A DNA stretch of 64,000 nt from a virus. Both the position numbers and the translations under genes were made by a program. Every line of letters starts with the position of its first letter. The stretch's first letter is position 1. Below the pieces are notes generated by a model. The model made no database searches and was not told the DNA's origin. It worked only from the letters and a program-made list of their open reading frames with translations. The DNA lies in the IMG/VR virus record IMGVR_UViG_3300031772_000002, positions 32,001 to 96,000 of that record; one strand, 5' to 3'. Below are positions 28,938-38,385 of the stretch, piece after piece.

Positions 28938-28966
28938 ATTATACCAGATTTTTATTTTAAATAACA
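28938..28966 (-). promoter_or_regulatory. Conserved early-type promoter
   Basis: TGTTAT-N17-TATAAT with TGG extension. Confidence 0.7.
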
Positions 28967-28968
28967 TA

Positions 28969-29988
28969 TTATAATCCATGTTGGATTAAATAATCATTCG
29001 ATATTACTTTAAAAGATATTTTATCATTATTATAATAAAGTCTAAACACCATTCCTTCTTGAAAATAATTTGGAGATAATTTACTTTTTGTATTAGCTAA
29101 TGATAATAATTCATCGCAAGAATGATTAAGTATAAAATTATCATTAATTATAGGAACCATTTTTAAACCTAAATTTTTTACAAATTCTATCATTTCATCA
29201 AGTAATAAATATTTACTATTTAAAATATCAAAAACATAAAAACTAAAAAAATCAACATCTTTTAATTTAAGTCTATTTTTTTGAATACCAGGCCCGGAAG
29301 TTTCTCCTTGAATTGCATAACCATTTGGAAATTTATTTGAAAGATCATATTTTTTAGCTAATATCCAAAAAATATTTTTGTTACTTTCTTTAAATTCATA
29401 ATTATGCCCACAGACCCCAAATGCATTATCATATTTATAAAAAGTTGAAGAAGTGCCATCAATTTTTTCAGTAATATAAAATCTATTGTTTTTATATAAT
29501 TCTAATAAAGGAATACAATTTTGTATTCTTTCTTCATTAGTTATAGGTATAAAACCAGGCATCCTTCCTTTTGCATCTCCAGATATACTTGCGTCTAAAG
29601 GAGGATTGTATTTATAAATATTTAAAATTTCAGACACATCGGTATTTGTTTCAATATCTTTATTAATTTCAGGAAATACACTTAATGGAAGAGCAAGCCC
29701 TTGAGATATTTGACCTTTTAATTTAATAGTTTTTAAACGATAACCTTCAACTTCTTTTCCATTATCAATTATACTTTTTTTAAGTGTAGAACCTTTATTC
29801 ATAAAACTATATTGTTCAACATTTGGAAGCAATGAATCAATTTCATGATATATACATTTATCACCAACTTTAAATTCATTTTTTCTTACAACACATTTCC
29901 ATCCTTTTATATAAACCATTTCTATATTATCTGCCCCTTCTATTGAAGTCAGATTATTAATAACCTGAATAGTAGCAAGTCTTCTCAT
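28969..29988 (-). CDS. ATP-dependent RNA ligase, Rnl2/DRB0094 family
   Basis: RRLATI..IEGADNIE..EIDS..ISQGL N-module; TEKIDGTS, QGE, EGMV, SFKVIS. Confidence 0.9.
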   Translation of the reverse strand: MRRLATIQVINNLTSIEGADNIEMVYIKGWKCVVRKNEFKVGDKCIYHEIDSLLPNVEQYSFMNKGSTLKKSIIDNGKEVEGYRLKTIKLKGQISQGLALPLSVFPEINKDIETNTDVSEILNIYKYNPPLDASISGDAKGRMPGFIPITNEERIQNCIPLLELYKNNRFYITEKIDGTSSTFYKYDNAFGVCGHNYEFKESNKNIFWILAKKYDLSNKFPNGYAIQGETSGPGIQKNRLKLKDVDFFSFYVFDILNSKYLLLDEMIEFVKNLGLKMVPIINDNFILNHSCDELLSLANTKSKLSPNYFQEGMVFRLYYNNDKISFKVISNDYLIQHGL

Positions 29989-30318
29989 TTAACCTTCCTT
30001 TTTTTTAATTTTATATTTTGATTTAATCAACTTAATCATTTTTTCATTTTTTAACACAAATTCTCCCATTCGACAATTAGTATTTTTTCGTTCTATTTGT
30101 ACATAATTAAAACACGGAGTTTTTTTATACCAAGGGAATTTATGAATGCCACATAAAAATTCCCCTGGAACATTACCTGTAATATGTCTGCATCTTTGAT
30201 TTGTAGGTTTATATTCAATATTTTCTTCTCTCTCAACACTTTTTCGTGGACCCAAATTTTTTAATACTATTACGACATCATATGTTATACAACAATATCC
30301 ACAATGCAAGCAGATCAT
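29989..30318 (-). CDS. YkgJ-like Cys-cluster protein
   Basis: GAGG RBS; CLHCGYCC..CRHI..CGIH..PC. Confidence 0.6.
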   Translation of the reverse strand: MICLHCGYCCITYDVVIVLKNLGPRKSVEREENIEYKPTNQRCRHITGNVPGEFLCGIHKFPWYKKTPCFNYVQIERKNTNCRMGEFVLKNEKMIKLIKSKYKIKKKEG

Positions 30319-30347
30319 TTTATTACCTCTTATTAGTGAACAAAATA

Positions 30348-30602
30348 TCAAACAAGCAACGAGGGGCACAACCTTACTTCCTCAGCCTCCCCATTCATTA
30401 ATACTAAACTTTTGATATTTATAAATTTACTTTTAGAGGAATTTATATAACTTGCAAACCAAATTTTATAACCCCTCTTTTCATAAGATATTTTTAGTTT
30501 CTTTATATATTCACAAGCTTCTTTTACAGATTTTATATCAATTGCATATCCTATGTCTCGCGATCCGTCTTTATCTATTATTCCCCAATATAATTTTCCC
30601 AT
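30348..30602 (-). CDS. Hypothetical protein (paralogue of 31544-31762)
   Basis: MGKLYWGI..YEKRGYKIWFA. Confidence 0.7.
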   Translation of the reverse strand: MGKLYWGIIDKDGSRDIGYAIDIKSVKEACEYIKKLKISYEKRGYKIWFASYINSSKSKFINIKSLVLMNGEAEEVRLCPSLLV

Positions 30603-30677
30603 ATTTTCCTCCTAAATGTCAATTCTATTATTGCTTTGATTGAGTATAAAAGTATCATCGTGGTTTAATCCTTAGTT

Positions 30678-31349
30678 TTATTCTATTTTTTCTATTATTG
30701 TTCCATAAATAACTCCTAAATAAATATAATGGAGTCTTTTATATTCTTGCATGACAGTTGAGCGATACTCTCCAATATAAGTTTTGTCGCTTACTATTTT
30801 GACAGATACTAAAGGTCCCCCAATATATTTTTTTACAGCTATTTCAAGAAGGGAATCAACTTCTTTTAATGTGGTATCGCTTTTGATATTTTCAGAAAAA
30901 TATGTGAATCCAATAACTAGATTAATCAATTCATTCCACAGAGTTATGTTCTCCACATATTTAATACCTAATTTACTAGCAATCTCTTTACCGGTTGATT
31001 CAAGAATTTGAGCAATTCCTTTTGCTCCTTTTTCTGATCTTAATCCAACTTCAAAATTGGACTCGATTCTAATTAATGCTGGATAAATTTCCCAAGGAAC
31101 ATTATAAATTGCTGAAAAATCTTCAAAAATATATGAATAATATTTTGCCTCATACGAAGACAGTTTTGGATATGCTATAATTAAAGATTTTTGCATATTC
31201 AATAACTTCTGTTCTTTGTCCTTGTATTGTTCAATTTTCTTTTCATAAATTTGACAATTGCATTGTTTATGTGAAAAATATTTATTATACCATATATAAT
31301 ATGTTGATAAAAAAATAACTATAAAACTTATAATTAAAAAATATTTCAT
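30678..31349 (-). CDS. SLT-domain lytic transglycosylase with N-terminal TM anchor
   Basis: ALIRIESNF..SEKGAKGIAQI..N..G..Y. Confidence 0.85.
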   Translation of the reverse strand: MKYFLIISFIVIFLSTYYIWYNKYFSHKQCNCQIYEKKIEQYKDKEQKLLNMQKSLIIAYPKLSSYEAKYYSYIFEDFSAIYNVPWEIYPALIRIESNFEVGLRSEKGAKGIAQILESTGKEIASKLGIKYVENITLWNELINLVIGFTYFSENIKSDTTLKEVDSLLEIAVKKYIGGPLVSVKIVSDKTYIGEYRSTVMQEYKRLHYIYLGVIYGTIIEKIE

Positions 31350-31543
31350 TATTATAATTCCTTAGTTAAAAATTTATATAAAAATAATTTTATGGCTTAT
31401 TGCCCATTGTGCATTATATAATTCATTAGTACTTTTATTAATTTTTTCCCGAATACATTCATTTAATAATGTTTCAAATTCTTCTATTTCTACTGTATTG
31501 AGAGTTCCGTTATTTATATTAATTCTAATTTTAAATTTAATTA

Positions 31544-31762
31544 TCATAAGCATTCCTTTCTTTTGATATTTATAAATTTACTTTCAGGAGAATCTTTATA
31601 GTTTGCAAACCAAATTTTATAACCCCTTTTTTCATAAAATATTTTTAGTTTTTTTATACGTTTACAAGCTTCTTTTAAAGATTTTACATAAATTAAATCG
31701 CCTACATCTCGCGATCCGTATGAATTGTCTTTGTCAACTATTCCCCAATGTAATTTCCCCAT
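31544..31762 (-). CDS. Hypothetical protein (paralogue of 30348-30602)
   Basis: MGKLHWGI..YEKRGYKIWFA. Confidence 0.7.
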   Translation of the reverse strand: MGKLHWGIVDKDNSYGSRDVGDLIYVKSLKEACKRIKKLKIFYEKRGYKIWFANYKDSPESKFINIKRKECL

Positions 31763-31778
31763 ATTTTTCTCCTATAAA

Positions 31779-32168
31779 TTATTTTTTTTTAATTTCATTA
31801 ACTATTTTAAATTTCCATTCAAAATTAAGTTTAATATTATCTTTAATTAACTCTTTAATAGAAATATAACCTAATTCAAATGTTTCTTCTAAATTATACA
31901 TTCCAAAAGCTTCTGTTTGATTTTCTTTATTATCTTTTTCTATTATATACCAATTAATTATTGTAAGACTAGAAGGTAAATTTTTAAAATAATGCAGATA
32001 TATTACTGCATTATTTTTATTGCCATATTGTTCATTAACTATTGGCATATCATTAAAAATTTTTTCAAATTTGTTTATTTTATCTTTAATTTCTTTTTCT
32101 TTTTCTCTTTTTTCTAATTCTTCAATTTGTTGTTTACAAACAAATTGATAAAAAATTTTTGGTATCAT
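31779..32168 (-). CDS. DUF2958-like protein
   Basis: LHYF..WYIIE.D..AFG..ELGYISI.EL. Confidence 0.65.
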   Translation of the reverse strand: MIPKIFYQFVCKQQIEELEKREKEKEIKDKINKFEKIFNDMPIVNEQYGNKNNAVIYLHYFKNLPSSLTIINWYIIEKDNKENQTEAFGMYNLEETFELGYISIKELIKDNIKLNFEWKFKIVNEIKKK

Positions 32169-32804
32169 ATAATTTTCCTTATTCTTTTTTATTTTAAGAT
32201 GCGCCGGTTCAGTAAGTATATTTTAATATGAATTTTTTGTAAATTATTATTTTTTTTTTACGAGATTTATTTTTTTTTACGATTTTTCTTACTAATTTTA
32301 TTTATTTGGTTTATATCAAATGAATTTGAATTTTGATAATAAGAATCATTTCTAAATATTTCTTTCGACATAGATGTCATTGTCATTGTTAATAAAAATG
32401 CTAAATTTTTTTTCATTCACTTTGTCCCTATTCTTATTATAACTAAAAATTTGTTAAAAATTATTTTAATTTTTTTGCCAATATAATAAGCAATATTATT
32501 ATTATAATAATGCCTATTATTCCAATATAGCATGTTATTTCAACAGTTCCCCAAAGTAAGCGTTCCCAAGATATTATTTTAAATGGACTCCAGTCTAATG
32601 TTATTATTATCATAATTTTTGTCCTTAAAAATTTTAATATTAATTAAAAAAAAAGAAATTAATAATCCGAATTTGCCCTGTAACAATTGGCCTGTTATTA
32701 ATTTCAAAAAAAACTACGCAAGAGTTTTTTTTAATTCAATATTGTAATAACAATATTTATTGTTATTACAATATAAGGAATGGCAAACGCCATTCCTAAA
32801 ATCC

Positions 32805-32960
32805 TTAACATAACTCTTCAACAGAGGCCATTTCTTTGGCCTTAAAAGCCAAATAATTTGAAATCATTAAGGCAAATGAGTTGACAGTTTTCTCAAACTC
32901 CTCAACCAGATCTTCCATTTCAGCCACTAACTCTCTTAACAAATCAATTTGATTTTTCAT
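32805..32960 (-). CDS. 51-aa acidic helical peptide
   Basis: GGGGGA RBS behind promoter 33000-33028; MKNQIDLLRELVAEMEDLVEEF... Confidence 0.55.
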   Translation of the reverse strand: MKNQIDLLRELVAEMEDLVEEFEKTVNSFALMISNYLAFKAKEMASVEELC

Positions 32961-32999
32961 AAATCCCCCAAGTTTAGAGTTAATTTAGCATACACTGTA

Positions 33000-33028
33000 G
33001 TTATACCATGTTTTTGACAATAATAACA
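33000..33028 (-). promoter_or_regulatory. Conserved early-type promoter
   Basis: TGTTAT-N17-TATAAC with TGG extension. Confidence 0.7.
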
Positions 33029-33083
33029 TACAATGTTAACATTCTTAATATTATGAAAATCAAAATTTTAATTATAGTGATAG

Positions 33084-33109
33084 CAAAAAAAATGGGTATT
33101 AAACCCATT
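33084..33109 (-). terminator. Terminator of the pilin operon
   Basis: AATGGGT/ACCCATT stem plus T tract. Confidence 0.6.
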
Positions 33110-33123
33110 CTAAAACGATGTAC

Positions 33124-34551
33124 TTACATCATTTTATTGCTCCACGAACTCGCTCTGAACGAGTTCATGAATCTATCCGCTCCCGCACGAGCGGACATTT
33201 CCTTGTCCAGAACTCTCGCCACAGGGATTCCAGGGGCCGAGATGGTACCGTTAACCAACCTTGGATCGGCGTTGTATATTGGAATAAGGCCGCCATCTCC
33301 GGTGGCACTTCCATAAGTGCTCGCAGGAGCTCTCATGGAAGTACCACCGTACAAGGAGATGTTCCTTGTATAAGACCCAGAAACATTCCTATAATGACCC
33401 TGAAACATAACCCTGAGAGTGTCCTGTGCAAATAAATAGCCATACACACGATTGTCAGCACTATTATCTTTGAAGTCATAGTTGCTGACAAGAGACGAAT
33501 CGAGAATGGAAATGTCACCCCCTGACACTAATGCTAAGGCATCTCTTGATTTTGTAAGATCTAATTCTTTATATAAGATCTTCCCTATAATGACGATGTC
33601 CTTTCTTGTTGTCACTATAGTGAGTCTCCCCTCAAGAATTCCATACACCAATACTATTTGGTTAGTTTTTACAATGGGATTTTGTAAAATCGAAACATTA
33701 GAGACCCATGTCTGCCATGTTTTCCCAAGAATTGACTTTCTCCTTAGATCGAAAACCTTATTCTTTAATACTATCATGACGGAATCAAATCCGTCAGCGA
33801 TACTATAATTGTAAGTAGTACCGGAAAAAGACGCAGGAGTCACATTTTGTACATCGATTTTATTGACGAATTCATAGTTTGGAAACCTCTCTTCGAACCA
33901 ATTGGCTGGTGGCTTGTCTGAAGCAGACTTATCAAAACGTGTAATTCCGTTTTGATAAATGACAGGGTAATTAACCCTATCAACTTGAGTTAGTGAGGCT
34001 GGAGGTTTTAGGAACCTCCTTGCAGAAGTAAGAAGCCCAGTTACATGGGCGCCACCACCCATAAAACTAGCGACTCTTACATTGCCGTTTGTATGGTAAT
34101 CGCCATTAATTATTTTTGATACCCACAACGACGCTGCGGTTCCAGTATCGTTCTCAAACAAAGTCCAGTACTGCATGCTTTTAAAATTGGTTATAATTTC
34201 AGAAGAATTTATAATAGTAGAATTTGGAAGTAAACAAGTAGACAAAATGCTCTCTGAATAGAGAGGATCAGATATTTCTGTCCCCACTATACTCACAGAC
34301 GGAGTAAGTCCATTAACATCTCCTAAGCTTAGGATTGTACAGTCAATTGATCCACCCGTTTGAACCAATGATAAATAGCGGAATCCAACATTAACACCTG
34401 CTTCATTTGCCCAGAAACTTTTAATGGAATCTGCCGTTCTTTTATTTCTATCGCTATCGATAGAAATAAATTTCACGAACCCTGTGCAAAGTATCAAAAT
34501 CATTGCAGAAAAGACAGTAAAGAAAATTAAAGTACTTCCTTTATTATTCAT
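33124..34551 (-). CDS. PilX/GspK-like large minor pilin
   Basis: NKG|STLI class III-like signal with hydrophobic helix lacking E5; FWANEAG; ING.YHTNG; C-terminal Y.ADPRL..PG. Confidence 0.7.
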   Translation of the reverse strand: MNNKGSTLIFFTVFSAMILILCTGFVKFISIDSDRNKRTADSIKSFWANEAGVNVGFRYLSLVQTGGSIDCTILSLGDVNGLTPSVSIVGTEISDPLYSESILSTCLLPNSTIINSSEIITNFKSMQYWTLFENDTGTAASLWVSKIINGDYHTNGNVRVASFMGGGAHVTGLLTSARRFLKPPASLTQVDRVNYPVIYQNGITRFDKSASDKPPANWFEERFPNYEFVNKIDVQNVTPASFSGTTYNYSIADGFDSVMIVLKNKVFDLRRKSILGKTWQTWVSNVSILQNPIVKTNQIVLVYGILEGRLTIVTTRKDIVIIGKILYKELDLTKSRDALALVSGGDISILDSSLVSNYDFKDNSADNRVYGYLFAQDTLRVMFQGHYRNVSGSYTRNISLYGGTSMRAPASTYGSATGDGGLIPIYNADPRLVNGTISAPGIPVARVLDKEMSARAGADRFMNSFRASSWSNKMM

Positions 34552-34561
34552 AAATACTCCT

Positions 34562-34966
34562 TTAAATTTTGTATGTTATCACAGTTGTCAGATCAATCGA
34601 AGTCAACTGTGGTTGATTGTAGTCAATAGTCACTTTTATTTTCTTGCTAGGAACTATTATAGATCCCTCGACATAATCTATTGAAGTTACCTCTACTCTA
34701 ATAGAAGAACTCTTCAGATTTCTCCATATCTGTTTGTTTGGAATTATAACAACCCCTACGTTCAAATTAAGATATGCCGGTCCCGGAGCATACTTAGGCT
34801 GTTCCAAAATAGACTGGGCAAGTTTGTAGGCTTTCGCCTCAAACATCATCCTCTTGTTTACAAGAGACCCACCACCTACAATTGTAATTATTGCCATGCA
34901 TGTAATCATGGCAATGGTCAGAGAAACCATTAATTCAATTAAAGTAAAACCTTTATTGTTTTTCAT
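34562..34966 (-). CDS. Type IV minor pilin (PilV/GspI-like) with N-methylation site
   Basis: KG|FTLIELMVSLTI prepilin motif. Confidence 0.85.
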   Translation of the reverse strand: MKNNKGFTLIELMVSLTIAMITCMAIITIVGGGSLVNKRMMFEAKAYKLAQSILEQPKYAPGPAYLNLNVGVVIIPNKQIWRNLKSSSIRVEVTSIDYVEGSIIVPSKKIKVTIDYNQPQLTSIDLTTVITYKI

Positions 34967-35023
34967 AAAAACTCCTTAAATCTGTGAGGAAAATATTGAA
35001 CAATCATTCAATTGTTCATTATA

Positions 35024-35052
35024 GTTATACCAGATAATAACGGTTAATAACT
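35024..35052 (-). promoter_or_regulatory. Conserved early-type promoter driving the pilin pair
   Basis: AGTTAT-N17-TATAAC with TGG extension. Confidence 0.7.
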
Positions 35053-35111
35053 AAAAAAAAGCGTATTTGTTAATACGCTTTTAAACATAATTATTCGTTG
35101 TCAATAAAATT

Positions 35112-35339
35112 TTAATAAATTATAAATTTATACTTCTTTTTTTTCAATATTTTTGCTTTAACAATACATACAGAAAATTTACTAAATTTTTTTTTACTAC
35201 CTGTATATATAGGATCAGAAAAGATGCAATCTTCATAAGTTAAATTTAAAACATTAATACAAAAATATTCTACAACAGATTGTATTTCAGTAGTAAATCT
35301 AAAAATATTTTTATTTTTAGGTATTATTAAATCGATCAT
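35112..35339 (-). CDS. Hypothetical protein
   Basis: AGGGGA RBS. Confidence 0.55.
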   Translation of the reverse strand: MIDLIIPKNKNIFRFTTEIQSVVEYFCINVLNLTYEDCIFSDPIYTGSKKKFSKFSVCIVKAKILKKKKYKFIIY

Positions 35340-35366
35340 AGCATCCCCTTAATTTAACTATTTTTA

Positions 35367-35582
35367 TTATACAACTTCAAACCAATGATATTTAGTTTTC
35401 ATTGGTATATAATTTTTAGGTGATTTTTTTCCACATGATTTACAAATCTTATTTGGAATAACATTGATATGAAAATTATCATCATCGTATCCATAACTTT
35501 CTTCTTTTTCACCACAATGTTCACATATATAAATTGCATTAAAATCTCTTCTCAGTATATTTATAATTTTTTCTATCTTCAT
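35367..35582 (-). CDS. Small zinc-finger phage protein
   Basis: RRDF..CEHCG..GYDD.NFH.NVIP..CKSCG. Confidence 0.7.
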   Translation of the reverse strand: MKIEKIINILRRDFNAIYICEHCGEKEESYGYDDDNFHINVIPNKICKSCGKKSPKNYIPMKTKYHWFEVV

Positions 35583-35623
35583 TTAAAACATATTCCTTTG
35601 TTATAAATTAGTATATTAATAAT

Positions 35624-35899
35624 ATGATAATTATGATACTTGTTGTTATATTTTTATCTATTTTAATAATATTATTATTATTTAGTTATAATAATAGATC
35701 AATTAAAAAGGTAGAGAAATTTCTTATTTTATATAATATAAAATATAAAAAATGGTATGATATGAATAAAAAAGAACTTGTAATCACACCACTTGTAGAT
35801 CATTTTATTTTTGATTATTATGGAGAATTTAAACATGTTGAATTTAATGAAATTGATTTAGATGAAGAGTCTTTTAATAAAATTAAATTGATTAATTAA
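35624..35899 (+). CDS. Small membrane-anchored protein (lone + strand gene in the island)
   Basis: N-terminal TM helix; TATATT 7 nt before ATG; no RBS. Confidence 0.5.
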   Translation: MIIMILVVIFLSILIILLLFSYNNRSIKKVEKFLILYNIKYKKWYDMNKKELVITPLVDHFIFDYYGEFKHVEFNEIDLDEESFNKIKLIN

Positions 35900-36374
35900 T
35901 ATTTCTAATTATTTCTTCAATTTTATATAATGTATTTTTTTCAATTATCATATTTTTTCTATTTTGATAATACCATGGTTTGATATCAAGTTTACCATTT
36001 ATTGAAAGGCCAGCCCCAATCCAATCTGCAATCATTTCCTTTATATATAATTTAGGAATTGGAATTGAATTTAATCCTCCACTGTCTTTTACTATTACCC
36101 AATAATTCCAATGATGTTTGTTATTTTTTTGATGATGCCACCATGCTTTATCAAACAGTAATATTTGTTTTTCCGAAAGACTTTGTGAATTTTTTCTTTG
36201 TAATCCGTTTGGATAATAAAATCTATTAGCATAAGGAAAAAATTCTGATGGAAGAAATTTACTCCAATCATGAATAATTCCTAGCCATAATGGGCATTTT
36301 GTAATTTTACACGCTTTAAGTACAAATAATTTATGTTTTATTAAATATATAAAATAGTTAATATATTGTTTCAT
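35892..36374 (-). CDS. DUF5662-like HD-type protein
   Basis: HK..V..HDWSKF.PSEF..AWWHHQ..N.HHW..EMIADW. Confidence 0.7.
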   Translation of the reverse strand: MKQYINYFIYLIKHKLFVLKACKITKCPLWLGIIHDWSKFLPSEFFPYANRFYYPNGLQRKNSQSLSEKQILLFDKAWWHHQKNNKHHWNYWVIVKDSGGLNSIPIPKLYIKEMIADWIGAGLSINGKLDIKPWYYQNRKNMIIEKNTLYKIEEIIRNIN

Positions 36375-36403
36375 TTTTTTTCCTTTGTTAATAGTTTTTA
36401 ATG

Positions 36404-36661
36404 TTATATATTGGTACAATATGGCCCTTTATTGAATGTACTAAAATTAATATTTATAACATTTACATTCTTTATTACTTGTTCTAAACTTCCATTTGCT
36501 TGAAAATACTCTAATTCATTATCAATATAATCTTTAACATTTTTAGGATTAGTTTCAACATCACCATCTAATATCAATAATTCTAATTTAGAATCATTAA
36601 CATTTGAAATTGCACTTTGAATAATTCCATCCTTAATAAATAAAATCAATTTAATTTTCAT
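36404..36661 (-). CDS. Hypothetical protein
   Basis: AAGGAG RBS. Confidence 0.6.
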   Translation of the reverse strand: MKIKLILFIKDGIIQSAISNVNDSKLELLILDGDVETNPKNVKDYIDNELEYFQANGSLEQVIKNVNVININFSTFNKGPYCTNI

Positions 36662-36868
36662 AAATCTCCTTTTATAAATAAAAAATAGATTAGTGGAAGA
36701 GGTTTAATTTATCTGGCGGTCATTCACCCAGATATGCAATAGTTTAAATAATGACCACTATTGTTTTGCTATATACTTTCACTAACCATTGATGGATATT
36801 AAGTAAACTATCCATAATTATTATTTCAGTTATTTATTAATAATAACAAATTAATTTAAAAAATCTTT

Positions 36869-36897
36869 ATATAACCAAATAATAACTGTTAATAACT
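36869..36897 (-). promoter_or_regulatory. Conserved early-type promoter (variant -10)
   Basis: AGTTAT-N17-TTATAT with TGG. Confidence 0.5.
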
Positions 36898-36954
36898 AAA
36901 AAAAAGCGTATTTGTTAATACGCTTTTAAATTTATTATTAATAAATAAACAATT

Positions 36955-37434
36955 TTATTTTATTTTAAATGGCGGTAAAATAAAATCATTCTTATTAAAT
37001 AATATTTTATCTAGTCTACTTTTTAATAATATAGAAGAATGGTCCTTATCATATTTATCTACAATTTTTTTAATTTGATAATTAAATATTAATACTTCTG
37101 TATTAACAGAACATATATAAGTAACTGGTTTTTTAATTTTAGGATTCCAAAATGAACTATAATTATCATATATTCCACCACCATCTTGATAATGCTGATA
37201 ACTCATTTTATTTTTTATACAAAATAAGCATAAATTATCACACATTGCATAGTTACTAACTCCACACCAATTTATTGGTTTATTATTTTTAATTAAATCA
37301 TAAAGTTCTTTTGAATTAACAGGTCCTGATTCAATATTTATAATATCAGATTTTAATGTATTAAGAAAATCATTAACTTTTATAGCTGATAATATTCCAC
37401 CAATTTTAATCGATAAATTTAAATGTTCACTCAT
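36955..37434 (-). CDS. Hypothetical protein
   Basis: ATGA overlap with upstream gene. Confidence 0.65.
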   Translation of the reverse strand: MSEHLNLSIKIGGILSAIKVNDFLNTLKSDIINIESGPVNSKELYDLIKNNKPINWCGVSNYAMCDNLCLFCIKNKMSYQHYQDGGGIYDNYSSFWNPKIKKPVTYICSVNTEVLIFNYQIKKIVDKYDKDHSSILLKSRLDKILFNKNDFILPPFKIK

Positions 37435-37847
37435 ATAACTATGCCATCATTTTGATTTTCTTCTTCGCATTCTTTTTTTTCTTCTATTTCTTTTGGTAAG
37501 CCCAATTTATCCCATACCTCATCTTCAACAAAAGCTGCTCTTTTATCTTTAATAGAATCACCAAATATTTTTTCTGCAGCATCGACCTTTATAACTACTA
37601 TTTTTCCTGTTCTATATGGATTTTCTTGATCTGTTTTATTTTCTACTGAAATAAGCATAACGCCCATATTCATATATTCTTTACATTTATCACATGGCTC
37701 TTTATTCCAAACAGCTTTACGTGGAGCTTCAATATCTCCTTTTAACATTCCAGGAATAATGATTTCATTTTTATCACCCCCACATAGGAAACACACTGAC
37801 ATTGAAGGATTCAATCCATATTTTTTACTTATTCTAATTTTTTTCAT
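37431..37847 (-). CDS. Zinc-finger phage protein
   Basis: GGAGG RBS; GLNPS..CFLCG..PCDKC. Confidence 0.7.
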   Translation of the reverse strand: MKKIRISKKYGLNPSMSVCFLCGGDKNEIIIPGMLKGDIEAPRKAVWNKEPCDKCKEYMNMGVMLISVENKTDQENPYRTGKIVVIKVDAAEKIFGDSIKDKRAAFVEDEVWDKLGLPKEIEEKKECEEENQNDGIVI

Positions 37848-37883
37848 TAAACCTCCGTTTAAATTAAAAAAAACTAATGATTT

Positions 37884-38066
37884 TTATTTTTGATTTGAAA
37901 TTATTAAGTCTAACTTTTTGTTTATTACTTGTAATAATTCAAGATTTAGTTTTGAAATTTCAATAACAATTTCATTTTGTTTACCAATAAGTTTATTTTG
38001 TTTACTAAGCATTTCTATTATAAAATTTAAGTTTTTATTAATAAGATTTTCTATTTCTATCGACAT
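37884..38066 (-). CDS. Small coiled-coil protein
   Basis: AAGGA RBS before ATG 38066. Confidence 0.45.
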   Translation of the reverse strand: MSIEIENLINKNLNFIIEMLSKQNKLIGKQNEIVIEISKLNLELLQVINKKLDLIISNQK

Positions 38067-38098
38067 AATTGTTTTATTATCCTTGGTTAAATTTTTAA

Positions 38099-38353
38099 TT
38101 AAATTCCTGTACCTTGGCATGAAGGACAGCATACATCCGCTCCTTGATTTGATAATATCCCAGATCCTTTACATCTAGGGCATACACTGTTAGGAAGTGG
38201 GCACTCTTTAGGTATTGATTTTGAAATTTTTAATTCTTTATTTTCTTTAAATAGTTTTCTCATTTTAACATGTCTACATAATTTTTGATCATTTGAAACA
38301 TGTCCACAATCAAAACAACTAGTAATTTTTTTTCCTTCATAAATTTTTACCAT
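38099..38353 (-). CDS. Cys-rich protein with DnaJ-like CxxCxGxG repeats
   Basis: CPRCKGSG..CPSCQGTG. Confidence 0.6.
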   Translation of the reverse strand: MVKIYEGKKITSCFDCGHVSNDQKLCRHVKMRKLFKENKELKISKSIPKECPLPNSVCPRCKGSGILSNQGADVCCPSCQGTGI

Positions 38354-38385
38354 ATTATTAAAATCCTTTCTTAAAAAAAATAAAT

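Larger units (their letters stand above)
35030..36930 (-). repeat. ~55-bp direct repeat (35030-35085 and 36875-36930): terminator plus promoter module
   Basis: ATAATAAC.GTTAATAACT-A8-GCGTATTTGTTAATACGCTTTTAAA in both copies. Confidence 0.85.

Noticed and set aside
33008-34684. + strand ORFs overlapping the pilin genes, and similar antisense or nested ORFs elsewhere (e.g. 1953-2258, 8054-8383, 24830-25174, 48394-48735)
   Set aside because: Shadow frames of well-supported genes, with no RBS or motifs.
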